Position numbers and translations under genes: made by a program. This document shows, piece after piece, positions 1 through 9,496 of a stretch of DNA of 64,000 nt. The stretch covers positions 324,667-388,666 of the forward strand of contig CAWAOX010000015.1 in assembly GCA_963783835.1 (NCBI GenBank), read 5' to 3'. Source of the stretch: an uncultured Actinomycetota bacterium. Lineage in GTDB: Bacteria; Actinomycetota; Thermoleophilia; RBG-16-64-13. The notes beneath the pieces were generated by a model. The model ran no database searches and was not told the DNA's origin. It saw only the letters and a program-made list of their open reading frames with translations. Each line of letters starts with the position of its first letter. Positions within the stretch are counted from its first letter, which is position 1.

Positions 1-396
1 ATCGACTGTGTCGGCACCGATCATGCTCCTCACGCTCCGCAGGAGAAGGAAGTGCCCATGGAGGAAGCGCTGAGCGGCAGCACGGGTCTGGAGACCGCGT
101 TCGCCGCCCTCCACACCGGTCTGGTCCTGAGCGGCGAATTACCTCTCGGCCGGCTCATCGAAGCCATGTCGAGCGGTCCCTGCCGGGTATTCGGGCTGCC
201 CGCGCCCCGGCTGGCGGTGGGCGCTGCCGCCGACTTCTGTGTCGTGGACCGGGATGAAGTCTGGACCGTGACTCCGGCGACGTTGCGGGGCAGGAGTCGC
301 AACTGCGCGTTCCTGGGCGAGAGCCTCACCGGCCGGGTGCGGTTGACGGTGGTCGATGGGGCGCGCCGCTTCGCGCGCGCCCGGGGGGAGGCCTGA
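1..396 (+). CDS. pyrC: dihydroorotase, C-terminal fragment (5' end outside window)
   Basis: Frame continuous from position 1. The translation [17 protein letters not shown] contains the DxHxAPH motif of dihydroorotases. It is followed by carA in a pyr-operon arrangement. Stop TGA at 394-396 overlaps the carA ATG. Confidence 0.8.
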   Translation: MDCVGTDHAPHAPQEKEVPMEEALSGSTGLETAFAALHTGLVLSGELPLGRLIEAMSSGPCRVFGLPAPRLAVGAAADFCVVDRDEVWTVTPATLRGRSRNCAFLGESLTGRVRLTVVDGARRFARARGEA

Positions 397-1592
397 TGTA
401 CCGGGGCGACATACCGGGGTATGTCGTGCTCGACGACGGCACGGTGTTCGGCGGCTGTGGCTTCGGATCCCTGGGTAGCGTGTTCGGCGAGATAGTATTC
501 AACACCGGCATGACCGGCTATCAGGAGATAGCGACCGACCCGTCCTACCACGGGCAGATGGTCACCTACACCTACCCCATGATCGGCAACTACGGCGCCT
601 CCGACCACTTGCTCGAGTCGGACGAGGCTCACTCCCGGGCGATCGTCGTGCGGGAAATCAAGAACACGGCCTGGAACGGCACCTGTTCCCAAGCGTGGGT
701 GGATTGGCTCACCGAGCGAGGAATCGTGGGGGTCGCCGGCGTGGATACCCGAGCGCTGACCAGGCGCATACGCGACCGCGGGGCGATGACCGCGTGCGTC
801 GCCGCCGGCCACGATCTCAAGGTCGACGACCTCCTCGACGCGGTCCGCTCTTTTCCCGGCATGGCGGGTCGGGATCTGGCCAGCGCCGTCACCTGCTCGG
901 AACCGTACGAATGGGAAGGCGACCCCGTGGCGCCGGAGCCCCGGTTTCGGGTCGTGGCCTACGATTTCGGCCTCAAGCGCAGCATCCTCCGGAATCTCGC
1001 TGCCGTCGGCTGCCGGGTGACCGTCGTACCTGCACACTGGACGGCCGAACAGACCCTGGCGATGAGACCGGACGGGGTCTTCCTTTCGAACGGCCCCGGC
1101 GATCCGGCCGCGGTCGACTACGCGGTCGATACGATCAAGGGGCTTCTGGGCAAGATCCCGGTGTTCGGGATCTGCTTGGGCCATCAGTTGCTTGCGCAGG
1201 CCGTCGGCCTCTCGACCTACAAGCTCAAATTCGGCCACCGGGGTATCAATCACCCGGTCCGCAACTACCTGACCGGCCGCATCGAGATCACCAGCCAGAA
1301 CCACGGCTTCGCGGTCGAACCCCCCGAGATGGTGCGCGCCGCCCTCGAGCGCGGCTCCGTGGTCGGAGAGGGGGGCATCTCCGGGTTGAGCGCGGCCGAC
1401 ATGATGCTGGACTCGGCATACGGGCCGGTCCAGATAACCCATCTCAACCTGAACGACGGTACGGTGGAGGGACTGCGCCTTCTCGATATTCCCGCCTACT
1501 GCGTCCAGTATCACCCGGAGGCCGGGCCCGGGCCTCACGATAGTCACTACTTGTTCCAGCAGTTCGCGGAGGCCATGACGGCGTCGCAATAG
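396..1592 (+). CDS. carA: carbamoyl-phosphate synthase small (glutaminase) subunit
   Basis: 398 aa. N-terminal motif [21 protein letters not shown]. Glutamine amidotransferase class I segment with GICLGHQLL catalytic-Cys context. Translationally coupled to pyrC (ATGA overlap). Confidence 0.93.
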   Translation: MYRGDIPGYVVLDDGTVFGGCGFGSLGSVFGEIVFNTGMTGYQEIATDPSYHGQMVTYTYPMIGNYGASDHLLESDEAHSRAIVVREIKNTAWNGTCSQAWVDWLTERGIVGVAGVDTRALTRRIRDRGAMTACVAAGHDLKVDDLLDAVRSFPGMAGRDLASAVTCSEPYEWEGDPVAPEPRFRVVAYDFGLKRSILRNLAAVGCRVTVVPAHWTAEQTLAMRPDGVFLSNGPGDPAAVDYAVDTIKGLLGKIPVFGICLGHQLLAQAVGLSTYKLKFGHRGINHPVRNYLTGRIEITSQNHGFAVEPPEMVRAALERGSVVGEGGISGLSAADMMLDSAYGPVQITHLNLNDGTVEGLRLLDIPAYCVQYHPEAGPGPHDSHYLFQQFAEAMTASQ

Positions 1593-1628
1593 GCGTTCCG
1601 GCGGCGGTCCCGAAGAGAGGGGGAGACG

Positions 1629-2094
1629 ATGCTCGCGGTAGGTGACAAAGCGCCGCTCTTCGTGGCGGCGGGCAGTGACGGAGAGGTCGACCTGGGCGGG
1701 CTGCTCAAAGAGAAGTCTGTCGTGCTCTACTTCTTCCCCCGCGCTCTGACCCCTGGCTGAACGATCGAAGCGGTTGAGTTCAACCAATCACTCCCTGAAT
1801 TCGAGAAGCTGGGTGTGGCGGTCGTGGGCACTTCGGTCGATCCGGTCGCCAGACTGCAGAAGTTCCGCGATAAGTACGAGATCAAGTTCCCCTTCGCCAG
1901 CGATCACGATCGGGCTATCGGCACGGCCTATGGGACGCTGAAGGGCGGCCCCGAGAGCTCGCACGAGCGGGACACGGTCGTCATCGGCAGGGATGGGGTC
2001 ATCTTGCTGGCTTACCGAGCGGTCGGCGCCCAGGGTCACGCCGCGGATGGTGCTCGCCGACGTGGAGCAACTCCGGGGCGAGAGCCTCGTCTGA
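1629..2094 (+). CDS. bcp: thiol peroxidase Bcp/PrxQ family, with in-frame TGA at the peroxidatic Cys position (candidate selenoprotein) and an apparent +1 frameshift in the last ~15 codons
   Basis: ATG 1629. Translation MLAVGDKAPLFVAAGSDGEVDLGGLLKEKSVVLYFFPRALTPG[TGA 1758-1760]TIEAVEFNQSLPEFEKLGVAVVGTS... aligns to E. coli Bcp YFYPKAMTPGCTVQAC...GVDVLGIS, so the TGA sits where the catalytic Cys belongs. The same frame reopens immediately (track ORF 1815..). Near 2046 the Bcp-like C-terminus (..GHAAD-VLADVEQLRGESLV*) continues in the +1 frame and ends at TGA 2092-2094. That gives a typical ~155 aa Bcp. Confidence 0.6.
1772..1785 (+). promoter_or_regulatory. SECIS-like hairpin downstream of the in-frame UGA of bcp
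   Basis: GGUUG-AGUU-CAACC (5 bp stem, 4 nt loop containing GU) begins 11 nt after UGA 1758-1760. That is the spacing typical of bacterial SECIS elements. The stem is short, so this is only suggestive. Confidence 0.3.
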
Positions 2095-2103
2095 TCGCCC
2101 AGA

Positions 2104-3570
2104 ATGGACTCGGATCCGATCATCGTTTGGTTCAGGCGCGACCTCCGCATTGCGGACAACCCCGCGCTACTGCATGCCGCCCGGCACGGGCGGCCGGTCA
2201 TTCCCGTGTATGTGGCCGGTTGGGAGGATGGCGACCCCTGGGCCCCGGGAAAGGCCGGGCGATGGTGGCTCGAACAGTCCCTCCGCCAGCTTGCCGTGTC
2301 TCTCGCTTCACGAGGGGCGCCTCTCCGCACGCTGCGCGGTAGGGCCGAAGAGCAGCTGCCCCGGTTTGCGCGCGAGATGGGGGCAAGGGAGGTCGTATGG
2401 AACCGGCTTTACGAACCGTATGTACGGGAACTCGACCGCCGGGTGGCAGCGGGTCTTGAGCGGGACCGGTTGCGGTGGCGCGCGTTCGACGCCGCGCTAC
2501 TGTTCGACCCCGAGAGTCATCTTTCCCGCTCGGGCAGACCCTTCACGCAATTCACCGCGTTCTGGCGCAGTTGCACGTCGCTGCCCGAGCCGGCGCCGCC
2601 CGAGCCTGAGGTCGGCGTGCTGCCGGGCATAGAAACAGCCCCGGACGAGCACGTGCCGGAGCCGGTCTCGCCCTGGGAACCACGTGCCGGCGAAACGCGA
2701 GGATGGGTGCCGGGCGAGGCCGGCGCGTACGCTCACCTCGAGCGCTTCCTGGAGGAGGGGTTGACCGATTACGATTCGTCGCGGGACTTTCCGGGCAGCG
2801 ACGGCACGTCGCGACTGTCGCCCCATCTGCACTTCGGGGAGATAGGTCCGCGCCAGGTGTGGCACGCCGTGCGAGAGGCGGTCTGGGCTGGCACAGGCGC
2901 GGGTGCCGCCGCGGCCCCGGGCCCGGCGTCGTTCCTGCGCCAACTCGGCTGGCGCGAGTTTGCGCATTACCTGCTGGTGCACTTCCCGCATATACCAGAA
3001 GAGCCCTTCCGTCCCGAGTTCGCCGACTTTCCGTGGGAGGAGGACCCCCAGGGATTCGACGCTTGGAAGCGCGGAGAGACCGGCTATCCTCTCGTGGACG
3101 CGGCGATGCATCAACTCCTGACCGAGGGGTGGATCCACAACCGCGCGCGCATGGTGGCAGCCTCCTTTCTGACCAAGGACCTTCTGATTCCCTGGCAGCA
3201 AGGCGCGGCGTGGTTCTGGGAGCGTCTTGTCGACGCCGACCTGGCGAACAACACGCTCGGCTGGCAATGGACGGCGGGATCGGGACCCGATGCCGCTCCT
3301 TACTTCCGGATCTTCAATCCCTTGTTACAGGCGCGCCGGTTCGACCCTGAGGGGGCGTACGTGAGCGCGTGGCTCGACCAAGCCTCCGGCCGGGCAGAAG
3401 CGGGGCAGGCGCCCCCTAGCCCGATCGTCGACCACGGAGAGGCTCGAGCCCGGGCTCTGGCGGCGTTCAGAGGCATCCGGCGGGTGGGGCCCCCCGACAC
3501 GCGGGCGTCACATGCTCAGACTCCCAGCGCCGGCGGTCATTCCCCCTTGCCAAGTGATATGCAAGTATGA
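2104..3570 (+). CDS. phrB: deoxyribodipyrimidine photolyase (FAD-dependent CPD photolyase/cryptochrome family)
   Basis: 488 aa. N-terminal IVWFRRDLRIADNPAL. C-terminal FAD-binding region GWIHNRARMVAASFLTKDLLIPWQQGAAWFWERLVDADLANNTLGWQWTAGSGPDAAPYFRIFNP. Confidence 0.92.
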   Translation: MDSDPIIVWFRRDLRIADNPALLHAARHGRPVIPVYVAGWEDGDPWAPGKAGRWWLEQSLRQLAVSLASRGAPLRTLRGRAEEQLPRFAREMGAREVVWNRLYEPYVRELDRRVAAGLERDRLRWRAFDAALLFDPESHLSRSGRPFTQFTAFWRSCTSLPEPAPPEPEVGVLPGIETAPDEHVPEPVSPWEPRAGETRGWVPGEAGAYAHLERFLEEGLTDYDSSRDFPGSDGTSRLSPHLHFGEIGPRQVWHAVREAVWAGTGAGAAAAPGPASFLRQLGWREFAHYLLVHFPHIPEEPFRPEFADFPWEEDPQGFDAWKRGETGYPLVDAAMHQLLTEGWIHNRARMVAASFLTKDLLIPWQQGAAWFWERLVDADLANNTLGWQWTAGSGPDAAPYFRIFNPLLQARRFDPEGAYVSAWLDQASGRAEAGQAPPSPIVDHGEARARALAAFRGIRRVGPPDTRASHAQTPSAGGHSPLPSDMQV

Positions 3571-3615
3571 GACGGTCTATTCACCGCTCGTAGCTCGCGC
3601 ACAGGAAGGCGACTG

Positions 3616-4113
3616 TTGGACGAACAGAACATTCCCGAGCCGCAAATCCCCGTCGAGCGACAGCCATCTCCCGAGCAGCCGCCCGAGACCTACCGGGGCG
3701 ACGTCTTGCCGCCCTCCTCTCCGGCTGCGCCTCCGTATCCGCCGTCCTCCTATCCGCCCCATAGAGGCAGGCATGCGGGGGGATGGTTGATAGGCGTCAT
3801 CGTCATCGTCATCGGGGTCGTCTTTCTTGGCCAGAACCTCGGTTGGTGGTCCGGGTGGTCACTAAACAACTGGTGGGCGTTGTTCATTCTCATTCCCGCC
3901 TTCGGATCGCTGGCCGGTGCCTGGAGGCAGTACGTCGCGAACGGCCGCCGGTTCGGCGGAGACGTCGCGCGTCCTCTCTTGATCGGGGTTCTGCTCGTGT
4001 TTGTGACGCTGGCCTTCTTGCTCGAGTTGGATTGGTCCTACATATGGCCGATAGTGCTCATCCTCGTCGGCGTGGGGCTGCTGGTGGGGCGGTGGCGGCG
4101 CCGGGACGGCTGA
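3616..4113 (+). CDS. hypothetical membrane protein (Pro-rich N-terminus followed by ~4 predicted TM helices)
   Basis: 165 aa ORF. N-terminal PEPQIPVERQPSPEQPPETY...PPYPPSSYPP low-complexity segment, then hydrophobic stretches (WLIGVIVIVIGVVFLG, WWALFILIPAFGSLAGAW, LLIGVLLVFVTLAFLL, IWPIVLILVGVGLLVG). Confidence 0.55.
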   Translation: MDEQNIPEPQIPVERQPSPEQPPETYRGDVLPPSSPAAPPYPPSSYPPHRGRHAGGWLIGVIVIVIGVVFLGQNLGWWSGWSLNNWWALFILIPAFGSLAGAWRQYVANGRRFGGDVARPLLIGVLLVFVTLAFLLELDWSYIWPIVLILVGVGLLVGRWRRRDG

Positions 4114-4166
4114 TGCAGATGCATGGTGCGACTCGGGTTCGGTAGACAATCGACTAAGGAGGGGTC

Positions 4167-5774
4167 ATGGACGGCGAAGTAAGGTCATCGGCAGCGAAGG
4201 AGATAAGCGCAGAGCGGCGGATGCTCAAACGGTCGCTGACGCTGCTGCCTCTCTTCGGGATCATCTATTTCACCGTAAGCGGCGGCACGTTCGGCATCGA
4301 GTCCCTGTTCAGCTATTCGGGCGCAGGCATGGCGCTGCTGCTGATCGCGGTGATCCCCTTCGTCTATAGCATTCCGAACATCCTCATGGTGCGGGAACTG
4401 CAGTCGATGATGCCCGTCGAGGGCGGCTACTATCACTGGACGAAGCAGGCATTCGGCCCGTTCACAGGATTCATGACAGCCTGGATGAACCTGGTGATGT
4501 CGTGGGTCGACGTGGCCATCTATCCGGTGCTCGGAGCGGTCTATCTGGGCTTCTTCTTCCCGGCCATCAACGACGGCATCGGAGGCATCCCCGGCTGGGT
4601 CATGCAGTGGATCGTGGCCATCGTCATCATCGCGGTCATTTCGGTCCTGCAGATAAGGGGAGCCCGCGTTGCCGGGATGACCAGCGTCTGGATCGGCGCG
4701 ATTCTCTTGATCCCCTTGCTGATCATGAGCGTGCTCGGTTTCTGGAACTGGGGAGTCCACGGCAGCAGCTTCCAGATGTCGTTTCTGCCGCAGGACACAG
4801 GGATGACGGGAGCGTTCTCCGTCGGGCTCTTCGTGGTCATGTGGAACTACATGGGCTGGGAGCTACCTACATCGGCCGGCGACGAGATCGTCAAGCCGAG
4901 GCGCACCTATCCGCTCGCGATGGCCCTGGTGCTTATCGCCGCCATAGCAACGTATGCCATTCCGACCGTCGCCGCCCTGTACGGAGGCGCCGGTGACAAC
5001 AACAAGGTCCTGTTGTGGGGCATCGAGGAATCAGAGGAGGGGGCCGGCATCGGGGCCGACCTGGAAGCAGCGGGCATGACGCCGGAGCAGATGGAGGCCG
5101 CGGGCGTTGATGCGACGAGCTCCGAAGGCTGGTGGCTCCCTGATATCGCCAAGGCCGTGGGGGAGACTACCTCGGGTGCCGGCAGCGGCTTTGCCAGTTT
5201 CCTCGGCAACTTCATGATGGTGGCGGCCATCCTCTCCATGGTGGGACTCTTCATCGGGTGCAGTATCTCGGCCACACGTATCCCGTTCGCCTTGTCGGAG
5301 GACGGGATGATGCCCAAGCCCTTGGTGCGGGTCCACCACAAGTGGGGCACGCCCTGGATCGCCATCATCATAAGCGGCGTTGTCTTTGCCGTCTTCTCGG
5401 TGAATGCGTTTGCCTTCCTGGTCGTCCTTGACGTGCTTCTCAACTCGCTGACCCTTCTCCTGGAATTTGCCGCCCTGTGGTGGCTGCGCCGCAAGCTCCC
5501 CGAGATACCGAGGAGCCGTATTCCCGGTGGCTTGATAGGCCTGTTCATTGTGACCATCCTTCCCGCCTTGGTCATCATCCTGGCCATCTATAGCCAGGTC
5601 ATCGAAGAGGGCTGGCAGTCCATATGGTTGGCCGGCATCGCAATAGCCATCGGGGCCATCCTCTACTTCGTGATGAAGCGGTTCGTGAAGCCGGGCATCC
5701 CGGATATCGATCCGTTCACACCTCAAGAGGAAGTCGCTCCGGTGGCGGAAACGGCCCCGGCACTCTTGAAGTGA
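4167..5774 (+). CDS. APC-family amino acid permease
   Basis: 535 aa with about 12 hydrophobic segments. N-terminal FTVSGGTFGIESL motif typical of the APC superfamily. A GGAG-type RBS (aggagg) precedes ATG 4167. The true start may be the downstream ATG at 4221. Confidence 0.8.
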   Translation: MDGEVRSSAAKEISAERRMLKRSLTLLPLFGIIYFTVSGGTFGIESLFSYSGAGMALLLIAVIPFVYSIPNILMVRELQSMMPVEGGYYHWTKQAFGPFTGFMTAWMNLVMSWVDVAIYPVLGAVYLGFFFPAINDGIGGIPGWVMQWIVAIVIIAVISVLQIRGARVAGMTSVWIGAILLIPLLIMSVLGFWNWGVHGSSFQMSFLPQDTGMTGAFSVGLFVVMWNYMGWELPTSAGDEIVKPRRTYPLAMALVLIAAIATYAIPTVAALYGGAGDNNKVLLWGIEESEEGAGIGADLEAAGMTPEQMEAAGVDATSSEGWWLPDIAKAVGETTSGAGSGFASFLGNFMMVAAILSMVGLFIGCSISATRIPFALSEDGMMPKPLVRVHHKWGTPWIAIIISGVVFAVFSVNAFAFLVVLDVLLNSLTLLLEFAALWWLRRKLPEIPRSRIPGGLIGLFIVTILPALVIILAIYSQVIEEGWQSIWLAGIAIAIGAILYFVMKRFVKPGIPDIDPFTPQEEVAPVAETAPALLK

Positions 5775-5811
5775 GGGGCAGCCGCTCCAGAACTGTCAAC
5801 GAGTCGAGGAG

Positions 5812-7030
5812 ATGGACATGAAGGTTCTCCTGGTAGGCGTAGGTGGAGTGGGCGAAGCCATGGCGGTCCTATGCAAGGATAGACCCTGGGTCGAGAAGCT
5901 GGTCCTCGCCGACTACAACGTCGAGCGCGCGAAAGAGGTCCAGGCGAAAGTGGGCCGCGCCGGCCGCATGCCCGTCGAGTTCATCGATGCGGGCGACAAA
6001 GAACAGATCGAGGCGCTTGGCCCGGCGCCACGGGGTGGACCTGATCCACAACGCGGTGGACCCAGTGTTCAACGAGGCCATCTTCGACGCGGCGTACGAG
6101 GCCGGCTGCCACTACATGGACATGGCCATGACGCTTTCCACCGCTCATGCCACCAACCCGTACTCGACGTGCGGAGTCAAGCTGGGCGACTACCAGTTCG
6201 AGCGGGCCGGCGCGTGGGAGAAGAAAGGGTTGCTTGCTTTCGTCGGCATGGGGGTCGAGCCGGGGATGGCCGACGTATTCGCCAAGTACGCCGAGAAGCA
6301 TTTGTTCGACGAGATCGAAGAGATCGGGGTCCGCGACGGGGCCAACCTGGAGGTCCGCGGCTACGAGTTCGCGCCGAACTTCTCTATCTGGACCACCATC
6401 GAGGAGTGCCTGAACCCGCCTGTGGTCTGGGAAGAGGGAAAGGGCTGGTGTACCACGGAGCCGTTCTCGGAGCCGGAGGTGTTCGACTTCCCCGAAGGCA
6501 TCGGTCCGGTGGAATGCGTCAACGTGGAGCACGAGGAGGTCCTGCTCGTGCCCCGCTGGGTCAAGTGCAAGCGGGTCACTTTCAAGTACGGTCTGGGCGA
6601 CCAGTTCATCGGCGTCCTCAAGACCATCAAGATGCTCGGTCTGGACAACCGCTTCCCTATCGACGTCAAGGGCGTGCAGGTGGCGCCGCGGGACGTGGTG
6701 GCGGCCACCCTTCCCGATCCGGCCCACTTGGGCGACCAGATGTTCGGCAAGACATGCGCGGGAACGTGGGTGAAGGGCAGCAAGGACGGCAAGCCGCGCC
6801 AAGTCTACCTGTATCAGGTGGCCGATAACGAGACCTGCATGAAGGAGTATGGAGTCCAAGCCGTGGTCTGGCAGACGGCGGTCAGCCCGGTCATCGCCTG
6901 GGAATTGCTCGAGACCGGGGTGTGGAAGGGCGCCGGAGTCCTCGGCCCCGAGGCCTTCGACCCCGACCCCTTCGTGGAGATGATGCCGAAATACGCGTTC
7001 CCCTGGGGGCTCAAGGAGATGACTGCCTGA
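5812..7030 (+). CDS. saccharopine dehydrogenase family NAD(P)-binding oxidoreductase (apparent +1 frameshift near 6020)
   Basis: N-terminus in frame 1: MDMKVLLVGVGGVGEAMAVLCKD...DKEQIEAL (Rossmann GxGxxG). Around 6015-6025 (cttggcccggcg) the protein-like sequence continues in frame 2: ARRHGVDLIHNAVDPVFNEAIFDAAYEAGCHYMDMA...FVGMGVEPGMADVF, through to stop 7030. This is typical of saccharopine/carboxynorspermidine dehydrogenases. Confidence 0.7.
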
Positions 7031-7031
7031 C

Positions 7032-7307
7032 GTGGGCTGGCTGTTCAACCGGGAACGGGTACTCTTTCGCACCCACCAGCCGCCTTTCCGGACGCCGGAG
7101 TGGGCCGCGGGGGCCCTCGTGGAACAGGAAGGCACGTTGTACCGGATCACGCGCTGGAGAGAGTTGCCGCCGGTGGCGCTGGAGCGCGGCGGGTCGGTGC
7201 ACGAATGGGAAGTCATGGGCCGGAAAGCGTCGGGCAGGGAGGTCCGTGACGAGTTGGCCAAGGGAGCCCAGTCCCTGTTGGAGGGCGAGAGCGCCAAAGA
7301 TCCGTGA
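7032..7307 (+). CDS. small hypothetical protein
   Basis: 91 aa ORF (GTG start) that fills the 365-nt gap between two + strand genes. No recognisable motif. Codon usage resembles the neighbours. Confidence 0.3.
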   Translation: MGWLFNRERVLFRTHQPPFRTPEWAAGALVEQEGTLYRITRWRELPPVALERGGSVHEWEVMGRKASGREVRDELAKGAQSLLEGESAKDP

Positions 7308-7397
7308 GGCGAAAGACTGCCTGTAGCCTCTCCTGACGGCTATGATTGACACGCTGCGTGAGCGAATCCAGACGACCAAGACCCGGGGGTTAGAGAG

Positions 7398-8783
7398 ATG
7401 TCATCGGGAACGATGAAGGTGGACCGGAAGCGCATCGCCGAGTTGGTGGAGCGGGAAGAGAAGCGTCTCGAGGATTCCACTCCCAAGTCCTACGAACTCT
7501 TCAAGAGGGCCTCCAAGTCGCTCGTCAACGGCGTGTCTTCCAGTTATCAGATGCGCGACCCCTATCCCGTGTACTTCACGCACGGAAAGGGCTCCAAGAT
7601 CTACTCGGTGGACGGCCTTGAGCTCAGTGACTTCCACAACGGTTTCGGCTGTATGGTCCAGGGACACGCCCACCCGGCCATCATCGAGGCCATCAAGAAG
7701 CGCTGCGAGCTGGGGACCCAGTTCGCGCTGCCCACCGAGGACTCGATAGTGGTCGCCGAGTATCTGGCCGAGAACTTCCGGTTGCCCAAGTGGCGCTTCG
7801 TGAACTCGGGGTCCGAGGCGACGATGGACGCCATCCGTATCGCCCGGGCCTTCACTGGGCGCGAGCAGGTGATGAAGATATTCGGTTCGTACCACGGGCA
7901 CCACGACTACGTGATGGTCAGCTTGGGCATCGCCGACTGGGGCGACATCGGCGAGCGCGACAACTACAAGTCGGTCTCGTACGGCGCAGGCATACCGAAG
8001 GTTGTCATCGAGATGACCTCGGCGGTGCCCTTCAACGACGCTCCCATGATGGAAGCGCGGATCCAGCACCTCATCGACGAGGGTCGCAAGCCCGCCTGCG
8101 TGATCATGGAAGCGGCCATGATGAACCTTGGCGTCGTTCTCCCCGAGCCCGGCTATCTGCAGGCGGTTCGCGATATAACCAAGAAACACGGCATCGTGCT
8201 CATCTTCGACGAGGTGAAGACCGGTATCTGCACGGCTGCCGGCGGCGCCGTCGAACGCTGGGGCGTCGTGCCCGATATGGTCACGCTGGCGAAGGCGTTG
8301 GCCGGCGGACTGCCCTCGGGGGCCATCGGCGGCTCGGCAGAGGTCATGAGCGTGGTAGAGACCGGCAAGGTCTACCAGGTCGGCACCTACAGCGGCAACC
8401 CGCTGTCGATGGCCGCTGCCCGGGCGAGCATGGAAGAAGTCATGACGCCGGATGCCTACAAGCATCTCAACTATCTGAACGACCGCCTTATCTCCGAGTG
8501 CGACGCCGTCTGCGCCACGTACGACTTCCCCGGCTACACGGTCGGCATCTCGTCCAAGGGCTGCGTCAACTTCGCCAGTGGCAAGATCACCGACTACGAG
8601 TCGTTCATCCGCTACCAGGACTTCGAGCTCTGCAACCTGGCCTGGCTCTACAACATCAACCGCGGTGTCATCATGGCGCCGGGGCGCGAAGAGGAATGGA
8701 CGTTGTCGGTACAGCACACCGACGAGGACATCGACCGGTACGTCAACGCCTTCGAGGGTTTGGTGAAGGAAGTGCTCGCCTGA
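7398..8783 (+). CDS. class III PLP-dependent aminotransferase (glutamate-1-semialdehyde aminomutase / omega-transaminase-like)
   Basis: 461 aa. SxGxE/PLP-fold signatures (FVNSGSEATMDAIRIAR, IFDEVKTG with the Lys of the PLP-binding region). GGAG RBS upstream. Confidence 0.85.
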   Translation: MSSGTMKVDRKRIAELVEREEKRLEDSTPKSYELFKRASKSLVNGVSSSYQMRDPYPVYFTHGKGSKIYSVDGLELSDFHNGFGCMVQGHAHPAIIEAIKKRCELGTQFALPTEDSIVVAEYLAENFRLPKWRFVNSGSEATMDAIRIARAFTGREQVMKIFGSYHGHHDYVMVSLGIADWGDIGERDNYKSVSYGAGIPKVVIEMTSAVPFNDAPMMEARIQHLIDEGRKPACVIMEAAMMNLGVVLPEPGYLQAVRDITKKHGIVLIFDEVKTGICTAAGGAVERWGVVPDMVTLAKALAGGLPSGAIGGSAEVMSVVETGKVYQVGTYSGNPLSMAAARASMEEVMTPDAYKHLNYLNDRLISECDAVCATYDFPGYTVGISSKGCVNFASGKITDYESFIRYQDFELCNLAWLYNINRGVIMAPGREEEWTLSVQHTDEDIDRYVNAFEGLVKEVLA

Positions 8784-8989
8784 CCCGGCAGAGGGTGAGC
8801 ATCCTCCGTTTCCTGCTGGGCATGCGCCCCCGCCGGCGGGCGGCGAAGCCGATGGAAGTGGCCGGGGGACCGGAGGTGCAACGCTGAGCTTGGGGACTGC
8901 TCCTCCATAAGGCCGCTGCCCGGGGTATCCTTGGCCAAGACAGCAGGCTACGACCCGGCGGAGCACATGCGCCGACCGACGGAGGGTGG

Positions 8990-9490
8990 ATGGAGACTAT
9001 CCTGACGCGCCGCAGCATCCGTAAGTACACGGCACAGCCCGTTTCCGACGATCTCGTCACCGAGTTGCTCCGGGCTGCGATGGCTGCGCCTTCAGCCGGG
9101 AATCAGCAGCCCTGGCAGTTCGTCGTCGTGCGCGACCGGGCGACTCTCGAGGTGGTATCGACGGCCAACCCATACGGGGGCATGGCCCGTGACGCTCAGT
9201 TGGCTGTGATCGTCTGCGGTGATCTGGAGCGCGAAGAGCGTCCCGGCTTCTGGGTGCAAGATTGCGCGGCGGCGACCGAGAACCTCCTCATCGCGGCCCA
9301 CGATGCCGGGCTGGGAGCCGTTTGGTGCGGCACATATCCCCGCGAGGAGCGCATGCAGCCTATCGCGGTGGCTCTTGGTCTGCCCGAGCAGGTGATCCCG
9401 TTCGCAGTGGTGCCGATAGGGTATCCTGCCGAGCACCCTGCTCCGGCCGATCGTTACGATCCAGGCCGTGTCCACTTCAACCGTTGGTAG
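8990..9490 (+). CDS. nitroreductase family protein
   Basis: 166 aa. N-terminal TRRSIRKYT...PSAGNQQPW is the classic NAD(P)H nitroreductase signature. Confidence 0.85.
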   Translation: METILTRRSIRKYTAQPVSDDLVTELLRAAMAAPSAGNQQPWQFVVVRDRATLEVVSTANPYGGMARDAQLAVIVCGDLEREERPGFWVQDCAAATENLLIAAHDAGLGAVWCGTYPREERMQPIAVALGLPEQVIPFAVVPIGYPAEHPAPADRYDPGRVHFNRW

Positions 9491-9496
9491 GGAGGA

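Noticed and set aside
30-1787. 585-aa minus-strand ORF antisense to pyrC/carA. Similar long antisense ORFs: 7401-8966, 10869-12872, 12929-14587, 17625-20273, 5981-7297, 40469-41821, 43218-44345, 14636-15619, 15369-16247, 16507-17580.
   Set aside because: In a ~69% GC genome, stop-poor antisense frames are expected. The translations are Arg/Gly/Pro/Ala-rich low-complexity with no family resemblance, and each lies entirely inside a well-supported sense-strand gene.
8784-8989. 206-nt intergenic region checked for a tRNA or other small RNA gene (contains the palindrome CCCGCCGGCGGG)
   Set aside because: No cloverleaf-compatible arrangement and no T-loop GTTCRANYC motif. The palindrome is a 6+6 GC repeat, common by chance at this GC content.
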